A DNA stretch of 64,000 nucleotides from Antedon mediterranea (Eukaryota > Animalia > Echinodermata): contig NC_092676.1 of NCBI RefSeq assembly GCF_964355755.1, forward strand, positions 9,835,888-9,899,887, given 5' to 3'. The translations under genes were made by a program, and so were the position numbers. Shown here in pieces: positions 1-13,719 of the stretch (its first letter is position 1; each line of letters starts with the position of its first letter). The notes beneath the pieces were generated by a model that searched no databases, was not told where the DNA came from, and was given only the letters and a program-made list of their open reading frames with translations.

Positions 1-458
1 CTTTACGTAACCGTTTTCATTAAATTATGCTTATATTTAAATTTATATTCTATTTATTAATTTAAAAAATACTGATTTATTATCAATTTATTTTTGTTTA
101 AAAATCAGTAGTAAACATTGTATGTAACGTAAATATAGTCTGACATGAACAAAGTCCGTGGCCTACTGTACAGAACAAAAGTATATTCCGGGGTAGGATT
201 TACATTTCAGTAAACACAATTTTCCAGCCTACAAACGTACTCACTGTGAATGAATGATTCTATATTTGTTAAAGGGCTTCTAAGAACGGGTCTTAATTCC
301 TCCTAGAAGAGCACCTTGCAGCACCCTTTATATCTGCTATTTGCTTGAAAATTGATTCAATTATCGCTACAAAAAGGCTGGTGTTTCAACACAACAACAA
401 TTTCCTTTACTAGTAATTAAGACATACATTATTAAATCATACTTTAATTTTCATATAG

Positions 459-3400
459 GTATTTAAAGAAAAACCGTCTGGCCGATGTCCCGGCAGCATT
501 ACAATCATTAGAAAAATTATCGTGGTTGTAAGTATTGCTTTTTTGTTATATTACTTTCATGGTCACAAGTTCTTTCAAGGTTCACTGGACAACGGCTTTT
601 TGATCTTCTCCACCAAAGAGTATAAATAACTCCATGAAAGAATGTGATTTCTATTAACAAAGAATCCATCTATTTCATCAAGTATTTCATGTCGTATTTT
701 CAACGCTAGAGCTACAAACTCCCTCTGAAAACGTTCCAATTGGCATCCAGTCATGTCATGCACTCTTGTAGGCCTACTGCATACACCATGTATGAGCGTA
801 TATCATATGCAACGTAGGCTTATTATTATATACAGTACATTGCAAATCATTACCGTATTCCTAAAATATACGTAGATTGGATTATATATTGAAATAGTCC
901 ATCTTCTGTCGTCTCATTTGGCTATCTTTTTCATCAACGTTCTTTCTAACGGACGCATAGATTATACTGACGTCATTAAATAAAAAGTGGCCTAAGCCCC
1001 ATTCCCTACGTTTTTTAGATCTAATTTAAGATCACAAACTATATTTAATGTAAAAATAATACTATATGGTCCTATTGTGATAACTTTTTTCGTCTTTAAA
1101 CGGTTAAAAATGTGAAAAATAAATCGATTCTAATAATTATAGCGGCCCGCTATAAATCCCAAAATGCATTGCGCGCGGATTGATATTTTTGTTTTTCACC
1201 TGTAATTCGCCCACTTTTCGATCGATCGTGAAGCCAAAACAAATGGAAGACTCCTAACTTTTCAGCGAAAATACCGGGTTTTCCCCAATTTGTATCAACG
1301 GAGTCTGGCAAAAATAGAAAGACAATTAATGCAGCAACTATACAACGTCAGGCTAGGTATATAGCTAGCGTACGATGTTCGTACGTTATCGATGTTTACC
1401 AGCTAGGCCTACAAAACTAAGCCTAGCTAGGCTAGGCCTAAGACCGTCCACGAGAGGTCGATCGCCGCGAGCTACTTAGGTAGTGCATTGTTTCTCACTT
1501 TTTATCATAATTTACCATAAAACGTACATTTAAGACAAGGAATGACATGGTTTAATGTTTTTAAAGTGATATATATGTATTATTTTCCAAAAAACGTCCA
1601 AAATTGCAGGGAAGGGGTCTTTAAGGAACAATTTCCTTTCAAGTCTGTTTCGTTGTAACGTATCAAATTTATCGATTGAAATTCTGCCTTTTCTGATTAA
1701 ATGACTACAAACACCAAACATGTCAGGTATTACAAGACATACTGATAGAATAGAAAAATAAATATTATATATTTTTTTAATAATTTAAGTTTGTTGTAAG
1801 CCAGAGACTCCAGTTCAGGTGGCCTCCTCAAAATGTTTGACCCCTGTGGCTGATTAACTTGAATACTGTGGAGAATGTGGTTCAGAATTCAATATCAGGA
1901 TACCATAAAGTTAAACCAAGGACCCGCTAAAAGTCCTTGAATAAAAATAGAAATATGATAAGAAAACAACATGTGCAAGAAATAAAACAGAAGTTTGGCG
2001 AACTTTAGGCATATGTTCATTGTATATTTTATACAAGCTTATTACTTATGAAAACAAAGATTTATATTCGAGGAAATCTCATCTCTTTCTAAATTTAACG
2101 TCTAGTGGTTTAAACAAAATTGGATCCATCCTTTAATTATTATTTTCAATAAAATGTGATTTGATCTGATTGTTATTTTTGAATGTACTTTTAGATAGGT
2201 AAAATAAAAATAGTATAGGACCAATACTAATTCATAGCTATTAGATCGTATTTAAAATAAATATAGGGAGTATTATTACAGTCTGTTTAGGGTATAAAAA
2301 CGCAGGTTTTTGTTGTAACGTAAAACACCCATGGTTTTCAGTGGTGTTGGTATGTATAAAACGCGTAGACCTATGGAAGAGAAAACATTTTAGTTGATTT
2401 GTATTAGTAAAGTTTGTATTATAAATGTTCAGAAATCCATAAGAGTTATTTAAAAATTAATATTTTAAAATCTGATCGGACAATCAGTACCGTATGCATG
2501 CGTTTGGCAGAGCACTTGAGAAAGTGAACAAACGATGGATTATTCCAAAATAGTCGCTAGTCATTGGTCATCTTGCGTTACGTCCACGTCATTACTTTGC
2601 GTTCTAGTGGAAACCAAGCTTTATGTAATATTATAACTGTTGTGACAATCACTGTGGATAAACTTTTACATTTTCCATTCTTCAAAACTTATTCGTTATT
2701 TGTTTATACATAGTAATAGTATTATATTAGTATTCCATTTCAATAAATAAGCCTATCTTCTTTCTTGTCTCTTTTCTGTGTCTGTGCTTGTTTTTACAAA
2801 TTAATTGTTCCTCATTTAATTTTACAATGATTTAAATATGGAATTCATACATGAAACTAAATAAATTAAAACACACTATACGGTATAGTATACAAAATAA
2901 CTTTTAGTATGGTTTTTGACAATTTTATTTATCTATTATATTTCAGAGATCTGTCGCATAATCACATACAATATATTCCTGATGGTGCGTTTATGCACAA
3001 CACGAACCTGGCAAAGATTGTTCTAGACGGCAATGACATAATCCTCGTTGGCAATGGAGCATTCATAAACTTATCCAAGTTAACTGTGTTGTGAGTATAG
3101 AAGAATAAAATCCTTCAAACTCCATGTTTTACAAATTATATCATACTATAATGTACAATTCTCCAACACTTGTGCACTGAAGGCTTTCAACACGATGCAT
3201 ACAAATTACAATCACATTATACACTCTTGTTGAAAATCAAGAAAAAATGATTTTAGAGACTTTTAATTGATTAGTTTTGTTTTGAATGAATTGTTAAGTT
3301 CTTTTTTTTACCCGATTCTTGGTGCTTTATCTCCAATAATGGTATGCTCTGGTATAGGCATAGGTATATTTGGTAATACAGCATGCCATTTGTATTCCAT

Positions 3401-6400
3401 GTGTGCCCAGTACGGTATCGTGAGGTGTAGGTTAAGGGTTAGGTTATGATATACTGCACAAGGAGATACATGCAAAACATATATTACCAAAATATTCCAA
3501 CAGCATCGAGGCCTTATAACTACATCACTCATGGTGCGCAAACGCAGCCATAATTGACCGGCACATGGACTTGTCTCTCTTGTAGACACTACTAAATAAA
3601 TACTGTTTGAAATAAATGTTTTCAGTTGAATTTGACAAATGATTATACTATACAGTCGTTTAGAGAATATTTTTTTTTCTTTTTATCTCAGATAAACACA
3701 AATTAAGTTACAATATAATATTAATAGCAAAATAGAATTGTATTGACGAATAAAAAAAAAATAATTTAATTTTTTTTAGTTTTATAAATTTGTCATCTCA
3801 GATAAACGAAAATTAATAATATAATAACTAGGCGAGATTAAAATGCCCGCATGACCTTTTCAAATTTAATAATTGAATAGATGCTAAATGCGATATTTGC
3901 TTATTTATTTTCAGGAAACTATCAAGAGCTACAAAGATGCACATGTTTCCTAATTTGAACGGAACTTACAATCTACAGACGATGTAAGTTGTCTGCGAGC
4001 TAAATCCGACCAACTTGCGTTTTAAGCATTTTAACGTCGTTTGACGTAACAAGTGTGACGTAACAAGTGTATTTTATTCATCTGATGATTGTTTACTGTT
4101 CTAAAGCTCTGTCTACACTATCAAACTAGTTTGACAAAAAAAGTGTGATTTGCCCAAATATGGTAGTAATATGAAGTCATCGTGTCCATTATGGACATTT
4201 CATATTTTTGTTGTCACGTAAACTTGGATAGTGTAGACTCTTTTTAAAAGAAAAGTTCAAATATAGATTTTCACTGAAAATGTATATAATGTCATTAAGT
4301 AAAAATATGTTATTTAAGTAGAATTATATCCATCCAAAGGCAAATTAAAACAAATAAAAAAAAAGTAATTAAATAAGCAAAGAGCTAAATTACATTGCAT
4401 TGTTTTCGGTCAATATAGGAAAGTTGATTTGGAGTTTACTACAAATACAAATTCACTAAACAGAGATAATTGAATTTATTATTATTCAATTGTTTCATTT
4501 ATTTATATTAATTATATGAATTAATGTCGTATAGATATAATCACCAGATTGTCTTAAAAAATAAAGAAATAACTGGAAATTTGTTTGTGAAAATAAAAAA
4601 TAATAACTCCAAAAACGAAGAAAAAAATTATTAAATAAGAATAATTTGTAAAAATTGGTTTCTCTCAATTATTAAATGAAGATTGAAAATCAAAATCATA
4701 TTATATTTTTTGCAAGAATCACTGAAAACAAGAATGGATGTTTGGCATTGTATCGAAACCTATTTTTAACTTCGTATTAATCATTCATTATAATATATTG
4801 TGGTTTATTAATCCGTGTGCTATTTTCTACAGAGTCATCGACAACTGTGGATTCTCTGAAATACCAGAGGATCTATGCAAGCATATGAAAAAGTTAACAA
4901 CCTTGTAAGTTGACTAAAAACAATACAGTTCATTCACTTTAGATAAATATCTGTTTTTTGCTGTTTCACCTGACTTTTCATGTCTTTTTCATGACTTTTC
5001 ATACACATAGGTGGCGATATTGTGTGTATTGTTTTTGCCGATACAAACTCGAACGGAATGTTTAGTCTTTTGTATACAGTATAACATTAGAGTTGCTTGC
5101 GCTCCAGGAGGCGCTATCACTCGATTTACTGAATATTGATCCTTAATAATTATGGCATGATATAAGAGCAGTTAAAATTCTACAAAAAACCTGTACTATT
5201 ATTTGACAAACTCGACATGGTTTGACGGAAATAGCCTAAAGTAGAAGGATTTAGTATACGATCATACTATTTATATAATAATATTATATAATAAATCCGT
5301 TACTCATTCTAAACGACTAAGCCTTAATGATTATTGTCTTCATTTATTTTATTCTATTTAAATACAGAGAATTGCATTATAATAACATCAAAATGATACC
5401 CGATCTTTCTGGATGTACAAGTTTGAAGATGATGTAAGTTTAAAGAGAACGTTATTTTAATTAGTTTTTGAATACGTCGACATGTTTTTGTTGTTGTTAT
5501 CATTCAGTAAATCCGATAATTAGAACTTTAAATAGTATATACAATTAGATGAAGGGTAAACGACTTAAAATATGAGTCAGAGGACAGCATGAACTGCGAC
5601 CTCGATATTTAGACGGCTCTAATAAAAGAACGTGTACACAGTGCGTCTATAAGTGATCAGAGTACATGAAGCCCTTGTGATCCGCAACCTAACTTTAAAC
5701 ACTTGTAAACATTGGATTTTACATAGTTCACATATTAAATTGAAGCGAGTGAAAAATGATTATGTATTCATTTTGATCGTACTAGAATACTACTAACCGT
5801 CAACATTCGAAAACTGAAACAATATATGAATAACTATAGGCCTTCATTATATAATAAATCGTAAGAAAAAAATGTAAAAAACGCTGTGTAAAGTCACACT
5901 TGATAAATTGAAGATACTGCAGTAGCCCTACTACAGGTAATCGGCTGACGGAACTCTGGTATTGACTCGACTCGACGATCAAAGCTTTCAAAAAGAAAGT
6001 TTAATTTTAATGTTATTCTGTTTGTCTATAAACCACAGCTGCTTATGTTATACAGCACAAATAATACATTAATTACGTTTTTTTTATGATAGTTTTTACT
6101 TATTCTTTTGTAGAAATTTGGGTAAGAATGCTATAACCTCATTAGACAACTCGCCTTTCAAAAATCTGAAGAATTTGCAAGACTTGATTTTACATAAGAA
6201 CAAGATAACGCACCTTCGAAACGATTCTTTACAGGGATTGGAAAATCTGTTATACTTGTAAGTTAACGTTATGAATATAATTCTTTTAATTGGTTACACA
6301 AAACTGATTCAGCTGAATTCCGATCTGTTTTCAGATTGCTAGTGAGAGTATTTAAATCCATTTCAATCAATATCAAACCATGTTAAATGCAAGATTTTCA

Positions 6401-9400
6401 GAAACTAGAAAATAAAAGTAATAAAAAAAATAAATTTTACGTCTTTCTGATTAGATGTTTAGCAAGTTACCTTTTGGTATCTGAATCGTTCGTACAAATT
6501 GTTTATTGATCATTATTTTGATAACCAGTTTGATCCAGTTTTTGCATGCTAAATAGTCAAAAGAATCATGGATAAGATAATCAAATTCAAGCTTACTTTT
6601 TTAACAAACTTTAATATTGTTTTTATTTGCAGAGATATGAGTAACAACTCAATTGTACATATTGACGAAGGCACCTTTGTTGCAACAAAGAATTTAAACG
6701 ATTTGTAAGTGTTTATAAAATAATTAAAACAACGCGTTTAAAATATACTGTACACGCCATCCAAGCACTTGGATAAAGGTATTTACCACTAGAGTGTATA
6801 TCACAAATAACTGAAATAAGTTTTTATCATTTTTATTCATGATTTAGCGATTGAATATGTTACAATCTTCCAAAACGATTTGTTAATGGAAACTATAATA
6901 ATGGCATTATCCTAAACATTGCAAACATTTAATTCACAGAAACCTTGCGAACAACGAATTCCCAAAATTTCCCAGCATAGGTTTTGATTCACTTATCGAA
7001 TTGAAGGTGGCATTTAACGATAAACTACTGGATTTTCCACCGAAGGAAAGCTTCCCGGCTTTACTGACTCTAAGAGCGGCTTCAGCATACCATTGCTGTG
7101 AATATTTGAATAAACAAGTGGATCCGCTAGAACTGGAAGAAGAATATTCTTGGCTTGGGGGACACGAAAACGCTACAAACTGGTCTAATTATGGTTAGTA
7201 TTGTACTTATTTCGTTGGTGGTATTTACCGCACTGTATAAATGTATTTCATTTTATCAATGGCGTTAATACAGTGTATAAAGTGTACTCGAATATTCAGG
7301 CACAAGCGAGACAGTCTCTCTATTACTGTAAATGCGTACATTAGCAACCTCGAGTTATAAACACTGTAGTTTGTGTTGGTACTACTACAATAGAACAGCG
7401 TATAGATCAGCATTTTCAATGAGTGCGTAACATCGCTCAGAGCAGGGAAGAGTGAATGCATGGTACTCTTCCCTGCACAGAGGGCACAGAGTTTCTCAAG
7501 TTATTGTTTTTTGTTATTATGTTATTATATTCCAGTCGGTTTTTTTTGTGTCATATTTTTGTCTGTTCCAGCAAAAGAATTCTGTTAAAATCAATTAATT
7601 TCATTTTGTCTATAGGTAATTATGTGTATAAGTCTTTCGAGAGTTTCATGAGTTACTATGAACCATCGTATGAAGGGACCTACGAATCGGAATATGGACT
7701 ATCAAATCCCACGACACTCGAAGAAGATTCTCTCTTTGAAGATACACTTAAACGTGTGGGTGACGTAATACACAATAATATGGACGAAGACACGGTCAAT
7801 ATGGATAATTATGATGGATCAATGAATCGAGAATATTCATCTGCGATTGAATTTACAATAGAGAACATTGTAGATTGCAAGCCTATGCCAGGTTGGTAAT
7901 TATACAATATTCCAAATGCAACTAGATTTCTAGTACTGTACTGCATATCCATATCATTATGACTTTTCCGGTATCCATAGACAAATTCCGATGCCTATAT
8001 AATGGTTGGTTAAGTGTTTACTTATTGGGTCTATGATACAGACGTAAATGTGAAACGGAAGTTGCTTATGATACTGGACAGGGCAATGTGAGGTTTAAGC
8101 CTACAATCATTCTCTTGCCAATATTATCAATCGACGCCCGTAACACATTCTCAAAATTCTAAAATGTTATTTCCAATGCGTCATTACGAGCAATTTAAAA
8201 CGGTTTTCATATTCTTGTTGTGTTTTCACCTCGACGGTAAGCAATGGTGGGACTCAGTAAATATTCTCAAACACAAATCTTGGCATGAGTGTGTACTTAT
8301 ATGAATTTTATTTACAATTCTCGGGAGGGTCGGCACCAAAAAATAATTTACTTTCATCTGACATTGCCCTCTGGATGCTAATGTCTCGCCGCATTCATAT
8401 CAACCGTCAAATTAAAGGATTTCTAATAACTTATTGTTTACTTCCAGATCCGTTCTGGCCTTGTGAACAACTGTTGGGATCATTGCTGCTACGTATTGGA
8501 GTTTGGATTGTCTTTATAACTGCTATTATTGGTAATGCAACGGTCATCTTCGTGATTTGTGTAAGCAGAACAAAAATGGATGTACCACGGTTCCTTGTTC
8601 TTAATTTAGCCTGTGCTGACTTTGCGATGGGAGTATACATAGGAATATTAGCAATAGTCGACGTTATGACGATGCACGAGTTTCGGGAACATGGTCTTCA
8701 TTGGCAGAGAAGCAATGGGTGTAATGGTGCTGGGTTTATGGCTGTTTTCTCAAGTGAATTGTCAATTTACACTTTAACCGTTATTACTTTGGAAAGATTC
8801 TATGCTATACGTCATGCAGTTAATCTTAACAAACGTCTGAAGCTCCGAACAGCTGCTGTTGTTATGGTATTCGGTTGGATATTCGCTATGGTATCGGCGA
8901 GTCTTCCTCTGATTGGCATCAATAATTACCATCGTTATTCTGTCTGTCTGCCGTTTGAAACCCGTGACATTACAGCTTTAACTTACATTGCTACTTTGAT
9001 GATATTAAATGGATTTGCATTCCTTGTGATTCTATTGTGTTATCTGAGTATTTATCTTGCAATTCGTGGTTCTCATGCCTGGAACTGTAATGATTCGCGA
9101 GTAGCTCAGCGGATGTCGATTCTCATCTTTACTGACTTTATTTGTTGGGCGCCCATAGCGTTCTTTAGCCTTACCTCAGCGTTCGGATTGCATATCATAA
9201 AAATTCAGAGTGCCAAATTTTTAACAGTGTTCATACTACCAATCAACTCTTTCTTCAATCCATTTCTTTATACTATATTTACACAACATTTCAAGAAGGA
9301 TCTCAAGAAGATGTTACAGCGCTTCCTCTGGATACCGACACCAAAGATTCAGTACAACAATCGCTCAGCAAGTCACAGCGTTGGAAGACGCATGTCTCCA

Positions 9401-10375
9401 GCAAGCCATGACATGTCAAAGAGGTGGCATCATGAAAGTGACTCTGGATTAGGAAAGAGCCATCATGGTGAACCTCCAGTAGTGATTGTTTCAGTTCCTC
9501 TTGATCAACGGCAACATACTCCCAGATCTAGTCCTCAGTGTGCAACAACCGGTAGACCCAGAAGTCGTTTGGAGAGCGAGAGTACTATAGCAACAAGAGT
9601 TACTATAGAAAGTCGTCTGTCAACAACCATGCAAGATTCGTCCTGTTTTGAGACTTCCGATGATGAAGACGTACGAATGAATCGACGACGCAGTTCGGCG
9701 ATGCCTTTAATGCAAACATCACATGAACCGCAAATTACAGAAGAAGACGTCACTAAAATGTCTCCACTGACCCGACTTCGACATTTTTCTTTGTCTTTGT
9801 TGTCACCTCGAAGCGCAGATAAAACGCACGAAGCAAAAAATAAACAGTCAATTGGTTCGATTGATTCAGAAGTAGACCAGTATAATCCATCAGTATTCTC
9901 ACGGAAACCAATCCGCAACGCACGTTTATTTGATATCCGGGGTCCTTTTGAACGATCACGTGGGTCTTCAGAAGGTAACTGTTCTCCGACCGCAGATTGG
10001 GATAACTTAGAAGTTCGAACAAGAGCCAATTCATTACCAGAAAAAGGTAGAGCTGGTTCTTTACGGTTTAAATCGCCTCCAGCGACGTTAAAAATCAGAA
10101 AGGCAGGTGCTGCCAAGGGCGAAATGCATCGACATCCTAGCGAGATCCAACATCTTCTTCCACCAAGTGAGCTTCCTTCACCTCCATTGGCAAAACGTTA
10201 CACAAACAAAGTATGTCCATCGACCAATTTATCAACGGAGTCTGTTTGGCAGAGGCGGCCTAACGACATTTCAATCCTGCAATCTCAAATGATAAATTCG
10301 CAGTCTCCTCCATTCGCAGTGAGTACAAGAGAAACAATGAGAAGACTGGATGCCGCAAAAGAAACAACGTTATGA
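459..10375 (+). CDS. rk: Type-B leucine-rich-repeat GPCR (rickets/bursicon receptor-like, LGR4/5/6 group); 5' part lies upstream of the window
   Basis: Exons with AG/GT ends: 459-527, 2947-3090, 3915-3983, 4833-4904, 5368-5433, 6114-6257, 6633-6704 (66-144-bp LRR exons separated by phase-2 introns), 6940-7193 (LRR + AYHCC), 7616-7891 (hinge), 8448-10375 (PFWPCE + 7TM + long tail). TM motifs KMDVPRFL, ITLERFYAI..NKRL and IRGSHAWNCNDSRVAQRM match my recollection of insect rickets. More than 10 LRRs are already in the window. Confidence 0.9.
992..1624. mobile_element. Non-autonomous DNA transposon (TTAA-ended, Kolobok-like), copy 1
   Basis: Degenerate termini taagccccattccct ... agggaaggggtctttaa; about 550 bp is closely similar to 32796-33364, and a fragment lies near 19780-19850. 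Confidence 0.7.
4102..4243. mobile_element. MITE (Harbinger/Tourist-like)
   Basis: Imperfect TIR agctctgtctacactatcaaac ... acttggatagtgtagactct, preceded by TAA. Confidence 0.55.
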
Positions 10376-11665
10376 GGCATTCTGTATGACATGGCGCATG
10401 CGTAGTGTACGCAGTGCGTTGAATACATAAATAATAAGGCATTCCCAGCGTTGTGAGAATTACTACCTCTAATAATCATTGGTACTTCATCATCTCTATC
10501 GTTATTTATTATACAAATAATTATATTTATATATCATCCATCAGAAATGTAATTCTGTCCCTTCAAACAAAAATGATTATTAGGATTTGTGTTATTAGCA
10601 GCTGTTTTTTTTCTATACACAATATTTTCACTAAACACTTGCCTCACCGACCCAAAACAAATATATATATTTTTGATAAATAATAATTATTGTCTCTTAA
10701 AGTTTGACTTTTGTAAGTTCGCTCTCAAACTAGTATTGTGCTCAACATTGTTTAAAAAAAACCAGAAAATATTACCTTTGCTTTTGGGTCTAAAGTTGTA
10801 TTACAACAAAACAAAATTAGTATTATTTTGTAGACGGCAAAGTAATTACTTTAATTGTAATGTGTTGATCACATGTTAAAGGATTAAACTCAAATGGACA
10901 AGGCAGCAGGTGCTGACTAAATGTTCATGTATGACATATTTGCATAAGGAAGTCGGTGATATTATACAGTCATTTAATTATAATATATATTCGATATAAG
11001 ATCTTGTATACAGTATTAAACATGGTATCTTTCCAATTAAAATGTTATACATTGGGACCAATCAGAGACATAATAAACAACATGAAATTGTATAGGCCGA
11101 TATATATATCTCATCTAGAGGCGATGAAGGCGCTCGGTGGATATACTTTTCAGTAAAATATCAAATATCTTATTGTAGACTTCTGCCTATTGCCAATATT
11201 ATTATACTTACTGTGCCTATTGTAGACACAGACAAGTATTAATTACTATTAAATTGGAAGATACTAGGCCTAGTTGATAACATGTTTATAATATATTTTA
11301 ATTATCATTATATACTTATAAATATGTAGAAATATCTTATAGACATACAGTAACATGTAATATACGTCACGTTTATAATTTTATATATATATAAAATATA
11401 AAAAATTAAATATATTATTAAACGAAAAAAATTATATGTATGGATAATGTCAAATAAAAGCTCTAAAACGAATCTATTTTGATGACGTTAAAATAGAATA
11501 TAGTTTGATATATTGTGAAGTTAATTAAGTTTAAATTATAAGATATATATTATAACATTGTACATTTTATATAATTATTGAAGTTGTGTGATTTTGTGAG
11601 AAAATGAGCTGAGTGCATAAAATGTTTTTAAAAAAAAGGCCTATATTAGCAAAAATGTGTTTTGC

Positions 11666-12349
11666 TAAAGCGTGGTTCCCACTAGCGACGTAACGCAACG
11701 CAAGTGAATTGACCAATCACAAGCGATGGCTTATTCGCTTGTGATTGCTAACTGTCTATAACTTCGCTTGTCATTGGTTAAAACGCTTGCATTGCGTTTA
11801 CGTCCTTGCGTTACGTTCTAGTGGGAACCAAGCTTAAATATTATGGTAGATTTCAAAGGCTACAATTTATTATTATTGATCTACAAAAGCACGTTTACTT
11901 GAGCTTGGTTCCTTAGAACGTAACGCAAGGACGTAAACGCAACGCAAGCGGAGTTATAGACAGTTAGCAATCACAAGCGAATAAGCCATCGCTTGTGATT
12001 GGTCAATTCACATGCGTTGCGTTACGTCCGACGTGTTGCGTCGCTAGTGGGAACCACGCTTTACTGGAAACTAACGCGAATAACATAATGTTGTATAGAC
12101 AGATATTGTCATTGTTTGGTTTATCTATGCAATATTAGGCGGCCGTATTGTTTATTCTGGTACCTTGCTGTGCACTCGTTCAGTGTAGGCTTAAAGCTTG
12201 TTTCCCACTAGGACGCAAGGATCTAAGCACAACGCAATTAGTAATTTGACCAATCACAAACAATGGACTATTTGAACTTTCGCTTTCATTGGTCAACAAG
12301 CTTGCGTTGCGTTTATTTCGTTGCGTTGCGTCCTACTGGGAACCAAGCT
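11666..12349. mobile_element. Cluster of three related Harbinger/Tourist-like MITEs (11669-11834, 11902-12060, ~12195-12349)
   Basis: Shared TIR AGC(T/G)TGGTTCCCACTAG ... CTAGTGGGAACCA(A/C)GCT; the first copy is flanked by TAA/TAA. Related copies or fragments at ~2560-2622, ~15860-16100, 16634-16938 and ~47087. Confidence 0.75.
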
Positions 12350-12985
12350 CAACGATAACTTGATAGAATCTATATAAAATAGTATGTTTAGGTTATGGTC
12401 ATTTTGTAAGACAAAATAATAACAGTATCAGTATTAAATAGAATGATGTCATACAAATTAATTAGGCTACCGACGGTTTTATATTTTATAACATTAAAAA
12501 TCAAATTGATTAAAGATAAACTAAGACTGATGTACGTTCGACAACTTTTACGACAGACAGTTGTTGAAGTCTTATAAACACGTTTCCAAATTAATCATAT
12601 AGGCCTAATTACCGCGTATATGGTAAATTGACGTCACACCAGACCATATTTAGAAGATACGTCTAATATGTTGTTATAGTTGCAAATTAAATATTATTAT
12701 ACCATTTTTAGTAAAATTGTCTAAAACATAATAATTTGTCGTCATCTTTGATACTCATGTATACCTGTAAAGTAATTTTTTACCAGCTTTGTACAAAAAT
12801 GCTTTTCTAAATAGTTAACATATTAAACATTATTAAGGGTTTTTATAATAATCGTATTACAATGAATGTACGTACCGGTACCATGTGACCAAAGACTATT
12901 ACAGCTATTATACTGACTTGGTTTGTTTTTACATGGCGAATGGAAAATCATTAAATACATTTTAAAACATGGGTCCTACTAATAC

Positions 12986-13102
12986 GCCCTGTTAAGTGCT
13001 ACGCACCGGGCTTAAAAATGTAAATTATACGAATCAGGTTATTTTGACTGCGATTATATAATTGTATAATTAATATTTTATACACGTAGCACTTAACAGG
13101 GC
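12986..13102. mobile_element. Small MITE / inverted repeat
   Basis: Perfect 18-bp inverted repeat gccctgttaagtgctacg ... cgtagcacttaacagggc around an AT-rich core. Confidence 0.55.
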
Positions 13103-13719
13103 CTAATGTTTTAAACTTGGTTTTAAACATGTTTTAATCCTGGACTACCGTACTGATAGCGCTTAGCAGGCCTTGGTAGGAAACTAAAATATACCTTCGA
13201 TATCTTAGGTGCAATGGAATCCCACTGTGGATTAGTGAAATGGGAATGTTCAAGGTAGACTTCCAACATAATTAACTAATAAGTAGTAATTTTGATTTTG
13301 TTTTACTGTTGGAAATGTTATTAAAAACAAAATGCAGTTTGCTTTTGATTAGATGAAGAATTATCAATGTCACATGTGACCAATGTAAAATTGTAAGTAA
13401 CATTTTGGGGTTTTGTTTGTTGTATTACTTTATAGCCTAATGATAATCTTGTAAACATTCTTAACGTAGGCCTAATTTGTAAGGATTATTAATGAAACAA
13501 AATGTGGTGTTTCGATGTAAAAGTATTGTGTAAATAAAGAAAATAATTATTGAATATATTATGTGTCTTAAAGATATAACGACTTTCGTCTCTACTGAGG
13601 GTAGGCCAAACACATTCATCTGTTTACAACGACGACTCAGATGAACCAAATAAAAACACCTGGGTAACCCTATACAAATTCGAAATATCCACTGGGTTTA
13701 TTAAATGTGAACCAGCGTG

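Noticed and set aside
3420-3446. Telomere-like ggttaagggttaggtta (also ~31543)
   Set aside because: Only two or three degenerate units, a motif common inside DNA transposons; not an interstitial telomere array.
8285-8447. N-terminal 54 codons of the 696-aa ORF
   Set aside because: Intronic; the real exon begins after ttccag at 8448 and joins the hinge exon in phase.
9535-10116. 193-aa antisense ORF (and 8431-8640)
   Set aside because: Shadow of the LGR coding exon with no independent features.
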